DNA of 61,659 nt, counting the filler. It is 6 parts of 6 records of this genome, joined end to end, with 100 filler letters (N's around TTAATTAATTAA, not from the genome) between each part and the next. Parts side by side here need not be neighbours in the genome. Positions count along the whole stretch, not along the records: positions 56,635 to 61,659 come from SRR31156797_10032; 5 more parts are not named here. One strand, given 5' to 3'. The first letter of the stretch is position 1. The number at the start of each line of letters is the position of its first letter. Below, one piece after another: positions 60,701 to 61,659 of this stretch. The notes below the pieces were generated by a model. The model worked only from the letters and a program-made list of their open reading frames with translations, was not told the DNA's origin and did no database searches. The position numbers and the translations under genes were made by a program.

Positions 60701-60706
60701 ATGCAT
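57701..60706 (-). CDS. MMPL/RND family transporter with C-terminal cyclic-nucleotide-binding domain
   Basis: Two MMPL halves (IVIGSSEDVH; LTSLTTFLGF; AIGLSVDDTIHF; LITPIL); C-terminal SPVF..IYILLSGKV..GEISLL..RTATV cNMP domain. Confidence 0.9.
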   Translation of the reverse strand: MHKLFNFSNKHPLIAIIIILVGGLLAAFQAGKIYIDSSPSSMMMRNDPNRLYYTESLEKFTSDNVLAVYVEDPELFTPEKLGYLEEFIQKIDRPEEFPDINRIESLFSVNNIKGSLDSLDTGPLMETAPETREEALAIQKNALENPIFERNLISESGNATMINIYLTPIDPSREEDATETVLKVREILEGDGENPGYADHFKMMFEIGRPYMSEQITTIILHDMTLLIPAAFIILMVMLTLTMGSLTNALLPILTSGLSILYTFGFMGVLGIPLNLVTFIVPILVIVIGSSEDVHILASYKEIQLTEKNPDRAIRKLSITLGTAVVLTSLTTFLGFLSISINEITALIQFGITAGFAMFINPITTFLLSPLYLKYFIKDGNQKKSTRVDEIFNRLSGRIITLINKKGRRVLLILLGSAVLIAGFSFLIEVDNDTKGFFKTGSELKQRLTIMEEEMAGTASFQVVIWRESPPALPEVSSTGEIEKGELFDSEEEDLLLFENPEEDPGFMEDEISLFAESEDFALFDDQEINLMAPEETESLPLFKDPLYLDLLDRMGAELIDNYDLDKIISISDYIKMLNREMNVGLPGEFNRIPDPADPLSANLIAQYVINLHREEIEPYVTADWSEARMIIKHNLSSSRTIQDTVAALENEIRRIINETDPGLSFKITGENLLINEAADSITRSQVLGLGLLLTTIFIIMSILFMNIRAGLLSLIPNLFPVFLFFGIMGIFHIPLNLGTCMVAAIAIGLSVDDTIHFMTSFNREMRSLQDSSAAVTKVMQEEIRPIISTSISLILSFVILTLAQLMPLVYFGILSGLVILGALLADLLITPILLSRFQVVNITDLYNLKLAEELMESPVFRDMSMNEIKRFVLMGKVCTKDPGENIINTGEWEQKIYILLSGKVSIVREAPDNGEPLFLTSIGTGAILGEISLLRNVRRTATVTALEEVTFLEIDWSGLERLEKHSKSISMKLYRNIAAVLGNRLVDMTDKVITLQKEEL

Positions 60707-60728
60707 TTATTCTATCCGTTTTCAAATT

Positions 60729-61523
60729 TTATGGCAGGTGGCGGCCGGAAGTAACGTATCTTTCGGTGAAGATCGCCTCCTCAATCGGCTGATCAAGCCT
60801 TCGTGAGGTGATTTCCATGAGAGTCCTATGGTTGTTACTATGATTATTCATAATGATTTTATCGGCTCTGAAACGCTGACCGTCTATTCGCTTGAGGGAG
60901 CCGTTCTGCTGGGTTTTTATTTTAACCCCGCGATGATCGTAGAATTCGACTTTGACCGTGAAAAAATAATCTTTGAGAATGTAGAGCGTTCGCCATTGGT
61001 AGCTGCTGGCTGAAGCGGTTTCCGGATTGTTTGGTTTGGCTTCAATAACCCAGCAGGCCAGATTGGATATTTCGGTTTCTCCCGTAATCTCATAGTCGAA
61101 ATTGTCGATATTCTCCGGTTCCAGATCTTCGTAGGTGAAATCGGTTCCCATGAAGTAACCTTTCCTGCTGCCCTTGGCGACTCTCTGGAGCCTATTCCGG
61201 GCAGGCATAAACATCCACTGATCACTTTCTCCTTCTTCATAGGTCCAGGTGAGAAGGGCTGTTCCGGTGATGGACCTTGGGGAATCAAAGGTGAGGAGGG
61301 TTTTTGTCTCTTCCTCCCCGAACTCTCTGTAAAACTTCCGGATGGTTCTGTTTTCGGTTGTCCCGCTTCGGTCCACAAGGACCATCCTTTCCTGGGTGAA
61401 CTCTGTTTCGGCGCCGTGACGCACTTCCTGTTCTTCGAGAACCTCGCGCCCTGTCATTTCCTGGGCCCAGACCAGGGTTCCTGATATAACCAAAACCATC
61501 ACTGCTGCCAACTTAAGTTTCAT
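60729..61523 (-). CDS. Outer-membrane lipoprotein-sorting protein (LolA-like)
   Basis: Signal peptide; F.SP..GT.LL, QWMFMPA..R, FMGTDFTYEDL and EFYD..G..K; GGAGG RBS. Confidence 0.88.
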   Translation of the reverse strand: MKLKLAAVMVLVISGTLVWAQEMTGREVLEEQEVRHGAETEFTQERMVLVDRSGTTENRTIRKFYREFGEEETKTLLTFDSPRSITGTALLTWTYEEGESDQWMFMPARNRLQRVAKGSRKGYFMGTDFTYEDLEPENIDNFDYEITGETEISNLACWVIEAKPNNPETASASSYQWRTLYILKDYFFTVKVEFYDHRGVKIKTQQNGSLKRIDGQRFRADKIIMNNHSNNHRTLMEITSRRLDQPIEEAIFTERYVTSGRHLP

Positions 61524-61659
61524 GAGTCCTCCGATATAGTTTCTACTAGGATATATTATTTTGGACCATTAAGGGAGGTTTCTTTGTCCTGTTTAAATAT
61601 TTTTCTTCATTTGACACCGGCGGTATCCTGAGCCTTTCCCCTCTTTGATATTATTCTTA

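Overview
This window is not one chromosome segment. It is six contigs joined by identical artificial 100-nt linkers (N44-TTAATTAATTAA-N44) at 21940, 29554, 37559, 46334 and 56535, and they appear to come from at least three organisms. Contigs 1 (1-21939), 2 (22040-29553) and 5 (46434-56534) are AT-rich Bacteroidota, probably Marinifilaceae-like, judged from TAnnTTTG promoters, GLPGLI, DUF4301, DUF3078 and a T9SS substrate. They carry mostly housekeeping and envelope genes: aroE, queA, rlmF, asnB, mnmA, two radical SAM enzymes, an OlsF-like acyltransferase, an AmgK-RapZ-C/MurU-like pair and an M64 peptidase. They also have 7-8-nt periodic intergenic tracts and REP-like repeats. Contig 3 (29654-37558, GC-richer anaerobe) holds a MASE1-PAS sensor, a mosaic of decayed genes, DUF1846, an Fe-S(DUF1667-like)-phosphotransferase fusion, rubrerythrin and an AraC/SDR pair. 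Contig 4 (37659-46333, Desulfobacteraceae-like) holds an RND pump, an AraC regulator, a DUF2157-DUF4401-GDYXXLXY operon directly behind an attC-like site, and the start of a rubredoxin. Contig 6 (56635-61659, possibly spirochaetal) holds a LolA-like/MMPL-cNMP/outer-membrane three-gene system. The best leads are the cNMP-domain-fused MMPL system, the Fe-S-kinase fusion, two integron attC-like sites with no integrase in view, and an unannotated 54-aa Cys-rich ORF in the peptidoglycan-salvage operon. All family and taxon assignments are from motif recognition by eye; no searches were run.
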